Positions 30,401 to 44,849 of a stretch of DNA of 64,000 nucleotides are shown here, piece by piece; positions within the stretch are counted from its first letter, which is position 1; every line of letters begins with the position of its first letter. This DNA comes from the human T2T-CHM13v2.0 reference genome, Homo sapiens. The position numbers were made by a program, and so were the translations under genes. The notes beneath the pieces were generated by a model, which had not been told where the DNA came from, did no database searches, and worked only from the letters and a program-made list of their open reading frames with translations. Location of the stretch: the NCBI RefSeq assembly GCF_009914755.1, contig NC_060934.1, one strand, 5' to 3'.

Positions 30401-31855
30401 GAAAATGGAAACATTTCTTACCTATGTAAAGATAATTCTGCTAGGTTGTGAGAAGGAAGTCTTGTATGTTGAGTTACTTGGTCTATATGCCACCACATTG
30501 AACAAGACCATAATACTGGATGAGCAGAAAGATGGGCAAAACCTTTTTCTAAAAAAGCATCTACTGGCCTAAAATGGGGAGAATTACTGAGTAACGTCAA
30601 TTAACTCTCCAGGGACAATCAGGTGGCTGCAATTGTCTACATATTGTGTTAAATGTCTACTGCAAAGAAGCCAGTTAGGAAAAAAATTATTAAAGCAAAT
30701 ACTATGTGTGTACATAGTGGTTTTATTAGTTACACACACATTTGTGACTAGAAAGTCTAAGACGAGATTCACTATTATGGCAGGATGGGTCCCCCACTTG
30801 GAATCATCTCATAACATTCTATAAAAAATTATATTTATGCTAAGAGATAGAATAAAATACTTTAAAAAAGGGAAAAAAACAGCCAATGGAAACAGACCCA
30901 TAAGAAATAAACTTTAAGATACAAATAGAGTGAACATATTCAAGAATATAAAAGAAAAGATGAAGATTTTTGAATAAAGGACTGAAATCTATAAGGAAAA
31001 AATAGCATGAAAATTCTAGAACTGAAAAGTATGAAGATTAAAATGAAGAATTACATTTGGTGGTTGGATTTAATAGCACATTACACACAGAAGAGAGAAT
31101 TAGTGAACTGAAAGATCAGTGAAAGTAGTCCAAATTGTAGCCTAAAGAAAAGAAAAGAAAGAAACTCAAAAAAACTAAAGATAAGTAAGCATAAGTCATG
31201 TATGAGACAAAATTTTTTAAAAAATTATTTACTAATTCTTTGAAATTAAAATGCTTATGATTTAACTTATACATAAGAATCACCAGAAGGACCTGTATAA
31301 AGATCACTGGGACCACTCAGAGAGATTCTGATGAAGATTCTAAGTTACTGGTTTTTGATGTAGTGTGAAAACTAGACCCGCTGCCTCATATTTTGAAGCT
31401 GTTCTTCACATAGTTCCTTGTAAGCGTCAATGCATACACACTTTCAGAAATCCTGTTTGAGACTGAGTTCCTGGAAGGCAGGAATGTGTCTTACCTATCA
31501 TTGTATCCTCTAACCTTCCAGATAAGTGGAAAGACATACTATGTTCGTAGGTTGACTACTCAACATTATTAAGAAATCAATTTTTCCCAAATTGATTGGT
31601 CTGCTGCAGTGCAATCACATTTAAACTCCCAGTAGGATTTTTATGATTACTGACAAGCTGATTTCAAAATACCTATAAAAATTCAAAAGGTCACAAATAG
31701 TAAAAAGAATAAGAAGAAAAAAAGTAGAAGGATTTACACAATTGGATATTAAAACATATTGTAAAGCCATAGTAATTATTGCTATTGGTATGATATTAGT
31801 TCAAAGACAAATGAATATATTCATGGATCAAAATAAAAAGTCAAGAAAGAGACTT

Positions 31856-32325
<470 letters not shown>

Positions 32326-32523
32326 TCAGGTGGACTTTTAGAGAAAAACATCTTTCAAAAAAGCATAAAAGAATACCTTCATGGTCCTAAGATAAAGATT
32401 TATTAAGCTACAAATAGAGCACCTATCATAAAGGAAAAGCCAGAAAAATTACGAACTTTTCTTCACTGAAAGACATTACTAAAAGATTAAAAATATATAC
32501 CATGAAGGGGGAGAAGATATTTA

Positions 32524-32524
32524 T

Positions 32525-32568
<44 letters not shown>
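32524..32568. repeat. (TA)n(CA)n microsatellite
   Basis: Directly visible. Confidence 0.93.
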
Positions 32569-32569
<1 letters not shown>

Positions 32570-33209
32570 CTCCAAAAAAAGGATTCCTAGGCAAAATATA
32601 AAAAGAATTCATGTAAAGCAACAAATAAAGCCACATAAGAAATGGACAAAAGTCACAAATATGAACTTCACTTAAGTGGATATATCAATGATCAATCAAT
32701 ACATTAAAAAGTATTCAACCTCAAGAAATATCAAAGTAATGCACATTAAATCATAATGAGGCACCACTATGCAGCCATGAGAAGGGCGTGTGAAAAATGA
32801 AACTACCAAGTGTTAGAGAAGATATGGAGCAATTCAAATCTCACACAGTACTGGTGGGAGTACAAATATATACGATCTCTTGGAAAATCTTAGGCTATGT
32901 ATACCTATACTATGACTCAGTATTTCCACTCTTAAATACTCAACAAAAATATATACATATATTCACCAAAACACAGTCCAAAAAATTCATCACAGTGTTG
33001 TTCATGATTCTTCTAAACTGAAAACAACCCATATGTCCATTAATGTTAGACTGGCTAAACAAATTATGGTATATAGACTTGATCAAGTAGCATACGTAAA
33101 TAATAGACTACTGCTACATGTGCCCACATAAACGAATCTCACAAACATGAATGAAGGAAGTCAGACACAAAAGAGTAATTGCTCCCTGATTCCCTTTATA
33201 TTAAGTACA

Positions 33210-33659
<450 letters not shown>

Positions 33660-34093
33660 TTATCCAGCTGCATATTTAATACTCTTATACTTTTCTGCAT
33701 GTGCATTAGAGGCATGTAGGTAAAATCCTTCTGAAAGTGCCAAGTTCTATGCAAACGTGAGGTTTCTATTATTTTGTACTTGCACACATCACAGTAATTC
33801 TAATTTCAGGAAAATCAAAAGATGGCACAGGAAGTAAATGAAATGTCCCAGCTGTTAACAATAATTCTATAGTCATAGTAACTAAAAATACCGTCTAAAT
33901 ACTGATTAAAGCAGAAGGGAAGTGTTTGTGTGTCTGTTTAGAGCACCTGTATGTGTGTCTATCTTCCAATGTAGGATAACAGCTATATACATGACATTTA
34001 TAAATGTGGAGTTAAATAGCAGAATATATAGCTAAAAGAATTTTAATTTCTGCTTCACAGGAGTAGAAATGGAGAGTAGAGGGTGCAGTAGAG

Positions 34094-34304
34094 AAGGAAT
34101 TGGCAAATATTTTCTGTAAAGGGCCATTTATTTTAGTATTTTAGTCCTTATGGGCCAGAGGGTCTCTACTGCAACTCCTCATCTCTGTCCTTGTAGTATG
34201 AAAGCAGCTGTAGAAAATCTCGAAATAAAGGGCATAGCTGGACTCCAATGAGACTTTTTTTTTCATTAAAAACACCTGGTAGGGTGTAGTTTGCTGACAC
34301 CTGG
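34094..34304 (+). mobile_element. MER58A-like hAT-Charlie MITE
   Basis: tggcaaatattttctgtaaagggcca...tgtagtatgaaagcagc...tagtttgctgacacctg; flanks cagtagag/gagtagag. Confidence 0.8.
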
Positions 34305-34484
34305 AGTAGAGGATGACTAATTTTTATTATAATCCTATTATTATTTAAATTATAACTTATATATTCATTTTAGAATAATAAAATTATCTCAAAGAAAAAA
34401 ATTACAGTATCCTTAGTAGGTTCTTGGTAACATTTATAGCATTTGTCTTCAAATATTTTTCTCCTGTATCCCTGAAAAATCTTC

Positions 34485-35852
34485 AGAGAAATACAAATCA
34501 AAGCACAATGAGATATCACCTCACATCTGTTAGGATGGCTATTATTTTTTAAAAGACAACGAATGATGGCAAGGATGTAGAGTACCTGGAACCCTTGAGC
34601 ACTGTTGGTGGAAATGTAAAATGGTGCAGCCTCTACGAAAAACAATATAGTGGTTCCTCAAAAAAATTAAAAGTAGAACTACTATAGGGTCCAGCAATCT
34701 CAATTGTATGTGTTTATCTAAAAGAATTGAAATTGGGGTCTCTTTTTTTATGGATCTTCATTGTTCGGGCATTTTTTTCTTTAAGTTCTGGGGTACATGT
34801 GCAGGATGTGCAGGTTTGTTACACAGGTAAATATGTGCCATGGTGGTTCGCTGCACCTATCAACCCATCACCTAGGTGTAGGTATTAAGCCCAGCATGGA
34901 TTAGCTATTTTTTCTAATTCTCTCCCTCTCCCTGCCACCCGCCGACAGGCCCCAGTGTGTGTTGTTCCCCTCCCTGTGTCTATGAGTTCTCACCATTCAG
35001 TTCCCACTTATAAGTGAGAACATGTGGTGTTTGGTTTTCTGTTCCTGTGTTAGTTTGCTGAGAATAATGGCTTCCAGCTTCATCCATGTCCCTGTAAAGG
35101 ACGTGATCTATTCCTTTTTACAGCTGCATATATTTCATGGTGTGTATGTACCACATTTTCTTTATCCAGTCTATCACTGATGGGCATTAGAGTGGATTCC
35201 ATGACTTTGCTATTGTGATTAGTGCTGCAATAAACATACATGTGCATGTATCTTCGAATTTACATTCTCATGAGTATATATCCAATAGTGGAATTGCTAA
35301 GTCAAGTGGTATTTCTGTTTCTAGGTCTCTGAGGAATCGCCACACTGAATTCCACATGAAATCAGGGTCTTAAAGAGATACTAGCACTTCCATATTTACT
35401 GCAGCACTATTCACAGTAGCCAAGACATGGAAACAAATGGAGAGAAAATGTTGTACATACACACAATGGAATACTACTCAGCTTTAAAAAAGATGGAAAT
35501 CTTGCCATGGTGTGACAATATTGATGAGCCATGAGGACATCATCACTAGTGAAATGAGCCAGTCATGGAAGGACAAATACTGCATGATCTCATTTATATG
35601 AAGTACCTTAGGTAATCAAACCCATACAACCAAAGAGTAGAACGGTGGTTGTCAGGGGCTGGGAAGGGGGAAGACACATACGTTGCTGTTCAATAAGTAT
35701 GAAGTTTCAGCTATGGAGGACGAATATGTTCTAGAGCTATGCTACACACCATCATAACTGTAGCTACCAATACTGTATTGTACACTTAAAAATCTGTTAA
35801 GAGGGTAGATCTCATGTTAAATGTTCTTACCATCATAAAAACAAATAAATGT
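34485..35852 (+). mobile_element. L1MA-type 3' end, split by a younger L1PA
   Basis: caaatcaaagcacaatgagatatcacctcac...ggaaatgtaaaatggtgcagcc | gcagcactattcacagtagccaaga...aagagggtagatctcatgttaaatgttcttacca. Confidence 0.88.
34743..35356 (-). mobile_element. 5'-truncated L1PA (PA8-PA13 era) 3' end, about 0.6 kb
   Basis: ttaagttctggggtacatgtgcagg...gacaggccccagtgtgtgttgttcccc...gaggaatcgccacact; TSD at 34728-34741 and 35357-35370. Confidence 0.9.
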
Positions 35853-36770
35853 ATCCAATAAACTTCAAATTAATTTTTTAAATTAATGCACAGGCTCTTC
35901 TTTAATAGAAACACTTTACAAAATTTTATTTTCCTCTTGAAATGCTATTCTATTTCACCTTCCCTATATTTTTATCCTTTGTAAGGTGTTTTTATTATTG
36001 TCTTTTATTGATTTTATAAAATATGTCGGCCACAAAAATATTTATATAAATTAAATGTTTAGGTTTTGTAAAATCCCTCTGACAATAAGTCTCTAAGTGT
36101 CTAAAAATTACTTTCCTGGGTTATTAGTATCATCAGTAATATATTAATATAATACAATTAATACAACAACTATATTGCAATCTTACAGAGTTATTTTAAA
36201 CAAAGGGTAAAGATTAATGGAAGTGAATGTCACAATGAAATAACTAGGGCTATTTTTTATATCAATCAGTTCATGTATTCATGGATGAATATTATATATT
36301 GCTGAGTACAAATCCTGTTTAATTCATTGTATTTATTGTTGGAAAGCCTCAGAGGCCTTACTCATATTAATAAGTAGATGGGAATGGAAGAAATTTTATA
36401 ACAATTTCATTTAGTTTTTCAAATTCTTCTTGAGGTATATACCAAATATCATATAATGATGTATCATCAAAATTATTTTTAATGATGTATGAACTGACAA
36501 TTTGATTAGGTCTTCCTTTAAATCTTTTGAAAGGAAGAATTGGAAATGACTTGATTTGTTAATCAATAAACTCTTTCAGTTTCTGGGAAGTATACCAAAA
36601 GGTTTCTCTAAGATTTATGAAATGTGTATTAATTATGCCTGCTTGAGAACCTTTGCATAACCCAATAGATTTGGAAAGAGTTGGAAAAATCATATCATTG
36701 ATTATTTCAATACACCTTTGTTACAATATTTTTTATTAAAATTTTTAATTTAATCATATGCTTGAATAAC

Positions 36771-37418
<648 letters not shown>

Positions 37419-37488
37419 TCTCCCTTCCTTCCTACTTTCCTCCTCTCCCCTCCCCTCCTCCTCCTCTCCTTTCCTTTCTTTTTCTCCT
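37419..37488. repeat. Polypyrimidine low-complexity tract
   Basis: (CCT)/(CCTT)-rich run. Confidence 0.8.
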
Positions 37489-37901
37489 GTTAATGAACAG
37501 CATAAACAACTTTTTGACCCAAATCTTGGAGCTGCAGACTTAGCTCCTTCCATTTGTGGAAAATAGTCTACATACATTCTAATAACAAACTTAGTCCTCC
37601 TTGGTCAACAATCAGCCAATCGAACTTTCAGAAAATGTCTGAGTTTATTCTTCAATTTAGGTTCAATTTAGTTAGATTCAATTCAACTCCATTCAAATAA
37701 ATGTCTTCACATTCATATTAAGAAATGAGAACAAGACAGTGAAAATCAAAATTATATAATGTAATTATTTGTATCATATAAATTTATAAAAATAAGAACA
37801 CTTATTTCTCATTCCTCAACCTGTTATAATCCAATATACTGTCTATTTAAAATTGCAATTTATTTTGCTTAGCATGACAAGAAAATTAAATAAAAATCAC
37901 T

Positions 37902-38003
37902 TATTTTTATTAGAGACTGGGTTTTGCCATGTTGTCCAGGCTGGTCTTGAACTCCTGACTTTAGGTGATCCACCCACCTCGGTCTCCCAAAGCACTGGGA
38001 TTA
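37902..38003 (-). mobile_element. AluS left-arm fragment fused to L1
   Basis: Runs from the A-rich linker (tttttattagagac) to ...ctgggatta (about Alu nt 27), then directly into L1. Confidence 0.9.
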
Positions 38004-39509
38004 AGCCCTTTAGTTTAATTAGGTCCCATTTGTTAATTTTTGTTTTTGTTGCAATTGCTTTTGGCATCTTCATCATGAAATCTTTGCCCGTTCTTATGTC
38101 CAGAATGGTATTGCCTAGTTTGTCTTCCAGGGTTTTTATAGTTTTGCATTTTACATTTTATGTCTTTAATTCATCTTTAATTTTTATATATGATGTAAGG
38201 AAGGGATCTAGTTTCAGTCTTCTGCATATGACTAGCCAATTATCACAGCATCTTTTATTAAATAGAGAATCATTTCCCCATTGCTTGTTTTCATCAGATT
38301 TGTCAAAGATCTGGTAGTTGTAGGTTTGAGGCCCTATTTTTGGGTTCTTTATTTGGTTCCATTGGACCATGCGTCTGTTTTTGTACCAGTGTCATGCTGC
38401 TTTGGTTACTGTAGTCCTGTAGTATAGTTTGAAGTCAGGTTATGTGATGCCTCCAGCTTTGTTCTTTTTGTATAGAATTTCCTTGGCTATTTGGGCTCTT
38501 CTTTGGTTCTCTATTAATTTTCAAAAAGTTTTTTCTAGCTCTAAAAACTACTAAACTAGTTTTTTAGTAACTCAATGATACTTTAATAGAAATAGCATTA
38601 AATCTATAAGTTGGCTTTGGGCAGTATGGCCATTTTAAGGCTATTGATTCTTCCTATCCATGAGCATGGAATGTTTTTTCATTTGTTTGTGTCATCTCTG
38701 ATTTATTTGAGCAGTGTTTTGTAGTTCTCATTGTAGATATATTTCACCTCCCTGTTTAGCTGTATTCCTAGGTATTTTATTCTTTATGTGGCAATTATGA
38801 ATGGAATTGCATTCTTGATTTGGCTCTTGGCTTGACTGTTGTTGGTGTACACTAATGTAAGTGATTTTTGTACACTGATTTTGTATCCTGAGACTTTGCT
38901 GAAGTTGTTAAACAGCTTAAAGAGATCTCAGGCTGAGACTATGGGGTTTTCTAGATATAGGATCATCTCATCTGCAAACAGGGATAGTTTGACTTCCATT
39001 CTTTCTATTTGGAAGCCTTTATTTCTTTCTCTTGCCTGGTTGTTCCGGCCAGGACTTTTGATACTATGTTGAATCGCAGTGGTGAGAGACGGCATCCTTA
39101 CTGTGTCCTGCTTTTAAAGGGGAATGCTTCCAGCTTTTTCCCATTCACTATGATGTTGGCTGTGGGTTTGTCATATATGGCTCTTATTATTTTGAGGTTC
39201 CTTTGATACCTAGTTTATTGAGAGTGTTAAACAGGAAGGGATGTTGAATTTTATCAAAGGCCTTTTCTGCATCTATTGAGATAATCATGTGGTTTTTGTT
39301 TTTAGTTCTGTTTACATGATGAATCACATTTATTGATTTGTGTTGATCTGTGTATTTTGAACCAACCTTGCATCCCAGGGATAAAACCTACTTGATAGTG
39401 GTGCATAAGCTTTTTGATGTGCTGCTGGATTTGGTTTGCCAGTATTTTGCTGAGGATTTTTGCATCAATGTTCTTCAAGGATATTTGCCTGAATTTTTTT
39501 TTTTTGCTG
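38003..39509 (-). mobile_element. Internal L1P ORF2 fragment (older L1PA) with no 3' UTR
   Basis: Collinear with the L1 at about 26490-27970; ORF track [23 protein letters not shown]. Confidence 0.92.
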
Positions 39510-39877
39510 AAAAATCACATTTTTAAAGCTCAGAAATAACATCAATACACTGAATCATCATAATTGTACTTTTCCTACACATATAATGAATGAAAAAAAC
39601 TATTGCTAAAAGATAATTGGTTGAGCAGTTAGAATATAATTACACTTTTTGGTAATGATAGACTGTTCTTAGAATAATTATATTACAGTATAGTATGATT
39701 CTTTTTTGTGTAGCTTTTATAGTACAATTCTTTACCTCATTTGATAAAGTAGGTTTAAAATTCCTTTTTGAATCAAATACATCGATTCTAAAGAATTCAT
39801 GTAAAAATTTTATCCATGGGTTCTACTCAGTATGAACAGGAATTTTTAATAGTCCCAGAAAAAAAATTCAAGTAACT

Positions 39878-40066
39878 CTTTTTTTTTTTTTTTTTAAAGA
39901 CAGAGTCTTGCTCTGTCACCCAGGCTGGAGTACACAGATCTTGGCTCACTGCAAACTCTGCCTCCCAGGCTCAAGTTATTCTCCAGCCTCAGCTTCCTGA
40001 GTAGCTGGGATTACAGCTCAAACTCCTCACCTCAGGTGACCTGCCCGCCTTGGCCTCTCAAAGTGA
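39878..40066 (-). mobile_element. Internally deleted, 5'-truncated Alu
   Basis: Right arm joins left arm at ggattacag|ctcaaactcc; TSD attcaagtaact (39866-39877) / attcgagtaact (40068-40079). Confidence 0.9.
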
Positions 40067-40661
40067 GATTCGAGTAACTTCTCAGCAAATCAGTCTCACC
40101 AAGTTGTATTGCTTCAGATATTGAAAAGTGCATTTCTTTCCTGTTATTATCAAGACCTGGAAATGGGAATTGAGAATAGCTTTTAAAAACTGTTTATATT
40201 TAAATATTTGAAGAAAATGTCATTCTTAGTGTTCATTATTTCATACTTGTGATACTGCTTTTTTCTTGGCATTCATAGCCTCTCCCTTAAACAGAAAGGC
40301 AGGTATCCTGTATAAGTCAATAAGCTGAAATGGCAGCGGCCCTTGCTTGCGCAAAATCTTTGTCCCACCAGGCCTGGAAGGGGCCCAGGCAATGTGTTTA
40401 CATCGTCACTACATTTTCATAAAATTTGTAATAGTAAGTTTATCCTTAACTGCTGCTCCTGTAACTTTGACAACCTTCTCTCTATACATCCTGTTGTGCT
40501 GGAGTGGTCCTCAGGCTTTTTGGAGGCTGTGACTAAATGGAATGTGAGTTGGAGAATTTTTTTTCCTCTTTTTTAAATGTGTTTTTTATTCTTTCTTCTT
40601 TTTTTTTAGTTGGAGATACTTTCACTATGAGTTTAATGGGATATTTTTATACAGTTCATAG

Positions 40662-40979
<318 letters not shown>

Positions 40980-41038
40980 CATAACTATTTATACTTCTTA
41001 CTTTAGTTGTCCTCATATAGAAATATCTTTCAAAATCT

Positions 41039-41340
41039 GGCCAGGTGTGGTGGCTCACACCTGTAATCCCAGCACTTTGGGAGGCCGAGGCGGGTCGAAC
41101 GCCTCAGGCCAAGAGTTCGAGACCAGCCTGGCCAACATGGTGAAACCCCATCTCCACTAAAAGCACAAAAATTAGAGGGTGTGGTGGCACTTGCCTGTAA
41201 TCCCAGCTACTCGGGAGGCTGAGGGAGGAGAATCACTTGAACCCAGGAGTCAGAGGTTGCAGTGAGCCGAGATCGTGCCACTGCAGTCCAGCCTGGGTGA
41301 CACAGCAAAAACTCCATCTCAACAAAACAAAACAAAACAC
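41039..41340 (+). mobile_element. AluS-type SINE
   Basis: Full dimer with (CAAAA)n tail. Confidence 0.95.
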
Positions 41341-42799
41341 AAAATCCTCCCTACTTTACGACATAATGTGAACTTGCAATACCACCAGATGAACTTGTCT
41401 GATGAAGCTTGCTACCAGAAATCTGAGGATAGTGTAAGAGAAACCAAGAAACAAATTCTTCCCAATCTTATAGCTCATATTTGAAAGAAACTTTCTAGCA
41501 ATGGTCTCACAGTTGGTAACAATCCAAAGTAGGGCCACCAGATATTACTGATAATGAGTTATAAAGCTTTCAGAAAGTGTCATAAGTTATCAATACTAAG
41601 AAAAAAAATTCAATCATGCTAGAGGAAAGGTTAAATTATCTTTCTCTTCTGTCCATAGAAAATGACAGAATTATTGTCAAAGAAAAAAGCAATCAAAACA
41701 TGCAGCCAGAATAAGGAGGAAACAATGCTTTTCCATTCAGCTTGTTAATAAAACATGTTATTTTTCTGAACTTTGTGATATCTGCAGCATTTGTAAATAT
41801 TTTCAAATTGGAAACAAATGTAATTTGTTGAGTGTGTTTTTCTAAATAGTCAAGTTTGTACATAATTTTTCATAGTAATTTTGCATTCTTTTTCATATAG
41901 AAGGTTCCTCAAATTAGATAATCTTCAAGATCCTAAACGTGAATAGAGCCCTGCTCAAAGAGCAACGCACCCTTTTCCAATAGCCGGAGGATTGAAGAGG
42001 TGAGGTCAGTAAACAAAAATTGCCATCATTCCCACAACTCTCACACCACAAAATATTTAGCTTCAGAATATCTCAAGATGGAGAGGGCACTGCATTTCTA
42101 AAATAATCCTTAACAAAAATATGTGTAAGTCAGGGAAAGAATGTAAGGCTTATGGTTTTATGGTGAATTTGATCCTTAAAAGTATAACCTCCCAAGAAAT
42201 ATTTTGAATTTGCTTTTTATTTGCCTTCCTCACTTTTTTAATAACAGCCCAAGAAATGCAGCGCGGGAAGCATCAGGATGGGGAAGAGGATGGCTTTCTT
42301 TTATGGATTCCAAGAAGGTTGTGAGAAAAGGGAATATAGGAAAAGTGAACTTGAAGACCTGAAAATCAGTAACTTTGAGATCATTAACTTTAAAATCACC
42401 CTAAGCAGTGAATCCCACAGAAAGTCCCTGAATACCTGTGTGGGGAGCTGTCCCCAAGTTGAATCACTCTGCTCTAGAATAGACAAAATGGGGTTTTAAG
42501 GCAATAGTGGTCACACACACCCAGCCATAAGCTAGACCTAAGTGTGATGGCCAGCTGGCACTCAATCTGCTTCTGACTCCTTCTCCCTTCCTCTTACTTA
42601 GTTTTCCTCTTTTGCACTCTCCCCTTTCATCTTTGGCTTTTTCTTCTACCTATCCCATTTTTCACCCCTCCGGTTTGGCAGCTGTCTCTTTATCCAGCTG
42701 TTGTCCTGCTTTTTCTTCCTTTCACTCTCTGATTTATCTTTCCTTCCTATCCTCCCCTTCCTCCTTGCATCCTCATTCTCTTTTTGACAGACATGAATT

Positions 42800-43150
42800 C
42801 AAGTTTTTAAGTTTGTGCAATTTTTAGAGTGGTTTTAGGTTTACAGAAAAATTGTGCAGAATGTACAGAGAGTTCCCATAGCCCATATCCATCCCTCCCT
42901 CCCCCTATGTTAACAGCCTGCATTAGTGGGTTACCTTGTTACAGCTGATATGCCAATTCTGAGACATAATTATTAACTAAACCCCACAGTTCATATGAAG
43001 GGCGACTCTTTTTGTTGTGTGCTTCTGTGGATTTTGACAAATGTCATGTATCTATGATTACACATTATATAGAACAGTGTCGCTGCCCGAAAAAGTTTCC
43101 TATGTTCCATCTCTTCATCACTCGTTCCTTCCCCCTGCAATTACTTTTTC
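42800..43150 (-). mobile_element. L1MC/MD 3' end
   Basis: ttttaggtttacagaaaaattgtgcagaatgtacagagagttcccata...ttattaactaaa...ttttgacaaatgt. Confidence 0.8.
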
Positions 43151-43249
43151 TTAAAAACTAATACCCACAACTTCACCTATGTGGCCATCGACAAAAAACA
43201 AAGTTGATTTATCTCCAGGCAGTCTTGTAGGTGTTTAAGAACAGTAACT

Positions 43250-43430
43250 CATATTCCATTCATTATTTCATTTGATTAGTATAATAATTGTCACCACTTT
43301 AGGGATGAATCTATTGAATCTCCGAAAATCCAAATGACTTGTTCAAGGCTATACGACTAATTGAGGATGGGTGTGGATGGAGCCAGTATGCATATTTGCT
43401 GATGGTTGACCAATGGTCTCTCCATGCTAC
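43250..43430 (-). mobile_element. MIR-like fragment
   Basis: cattatttcatttgat...aaatgacttgttcaaggctatac... Confidence 0.5.
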
Positions 43431-44494
43431 CGCTTCTCAATTGCCCTGAGCTTTATCAGAGACGACGGGAGTGTGTTAAGGAGGACACCGATTTGTGGTT
43501 CATGACTTTCAAGGATTCTGACAGTCCTCATCTATAATACATTTATCAAAAGGTACAGCTCAAGTGCTCTTATGCAGACTTTGATGATGCACGGAAGCAT
43601 TTAATAACTTATATCTCTAAAAATTTACTTCATGTGAACTTTTAAATATTATCCTATCATATCATCCCTAGATTAGATTATTTCCTCCTGCCCTCAACCC
43701 ACCCTCCCAATATTTAGGGGTTTGTTATTCTTAGTAGAGTGCCAGTACCATATATTTTACAATCAAACCAAATTCAAATAGGAACTTCTCAGCACTTTTA
43801 GTTTCAACTGCAATCTCTTAGCCATACATTTTTGTTTCATGTTGTTCAGACATTCTGTATACTGCTGATTCACACACAAAGGGTAGCTTTTTGCCCTGGG
43901 TAAAGACAGGCTCAGCCGTGCTCGTTTTTTAGTTTTTACTAACACTCTCCATGCGATGCAGAGAGCACAGTTTTGTTTATGCTGACAGCTGTGTGTGAAT
44001 ATTTTTACTATTTTGAGATGTGAACAGGTTGACTTCTTGGGTGTACAGGCAAGAGAGTACATTGTTATTGGCACAGTAGCACTTCCTTGCAGATTAATAA
44101 TAGATTTTCTTAATTCGGACTTTTTTCAGTGATACTACCAGATCACAAAAGGTATAATAATCATATTTAAGTTCCAAAATTTTTCACCAAATGCAACGAT
44201 GAAAAAAATGTTAATGTAATTAGTTAAGTGATTACTCATGTAGCAGACAGAAATAAAGGTAGGATATTGCAGGAAATCATATTCGAGCCAGATTCCTTGT
44301 CCCAAGTCTCAATTCTGCTTTAAGATAGACACTTTTAGGAGCTGTTCCTTCATTCAAATGACTAGGATACAAGTACATCAGTACTTCAGCTCACTTACTT
44401 CAGCTCCCTGAAAGATATCCATTGGTCAATGTATCTTATGTTTTGAAGTTGGACCATGAAAACAATTCAACTTGTTCTACTAGTCATGCAACTT

Positions 44495-44595
44495 ATTTTT
44501 AAAGTGTTAATAGGCCTTACTTTTAGAGCAGTTGTAGGACTGTAGAAATACTGCACACAAAGTACAGGGAGTTCCCAGGTACCTCCTCTCCCCCT
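44495..44595 (-). mobile_element. L1MC/MD 3' terminal fragment
   Basis: acttttagagcagttgtagg...aaagtacagggagttccca. Confidence 0.6.
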
Positions 44596-44845
44596 TGTTA
44601 CCAAAATGCTAGGGTTTTGGTCTACGTCCTGCTGTTTGCTGCACAGAAAGCCAATCACTGAGACAATGAGTATTGCCAGGGAAGAAGGCTTTATTCTGGT
44701 GCTGCAGCTGAAGAAATAGGAGATCAGTCTCAAATCCACCTTATAACCAACTAAAACTAGGGGTTTATATAGCATGGAATAATTGTAACCATTTGTGGGA
44801 AAATAGGAGTTAGGGAGGGGTAAGGAAGAGGAGTTGAATCACATG
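44596..44845 (-). mobile_element. ERV1 (MER4-group) LTR 3' part
   Basis: tgttacca...cacagaaagccaatcactgagacaa...gaaggctttatt...gtctcaaatcca; truncated by adjacent L1. Confidence 0.7.
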
Positions 44846-44849
44846 CAAT

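Noticed and set aside
37853-38317. 154-aa ORF across the Alu-L1 junction
   Set aside because: Non-ATG start; composed of generic antisense Alu and antisense L1 peptide.
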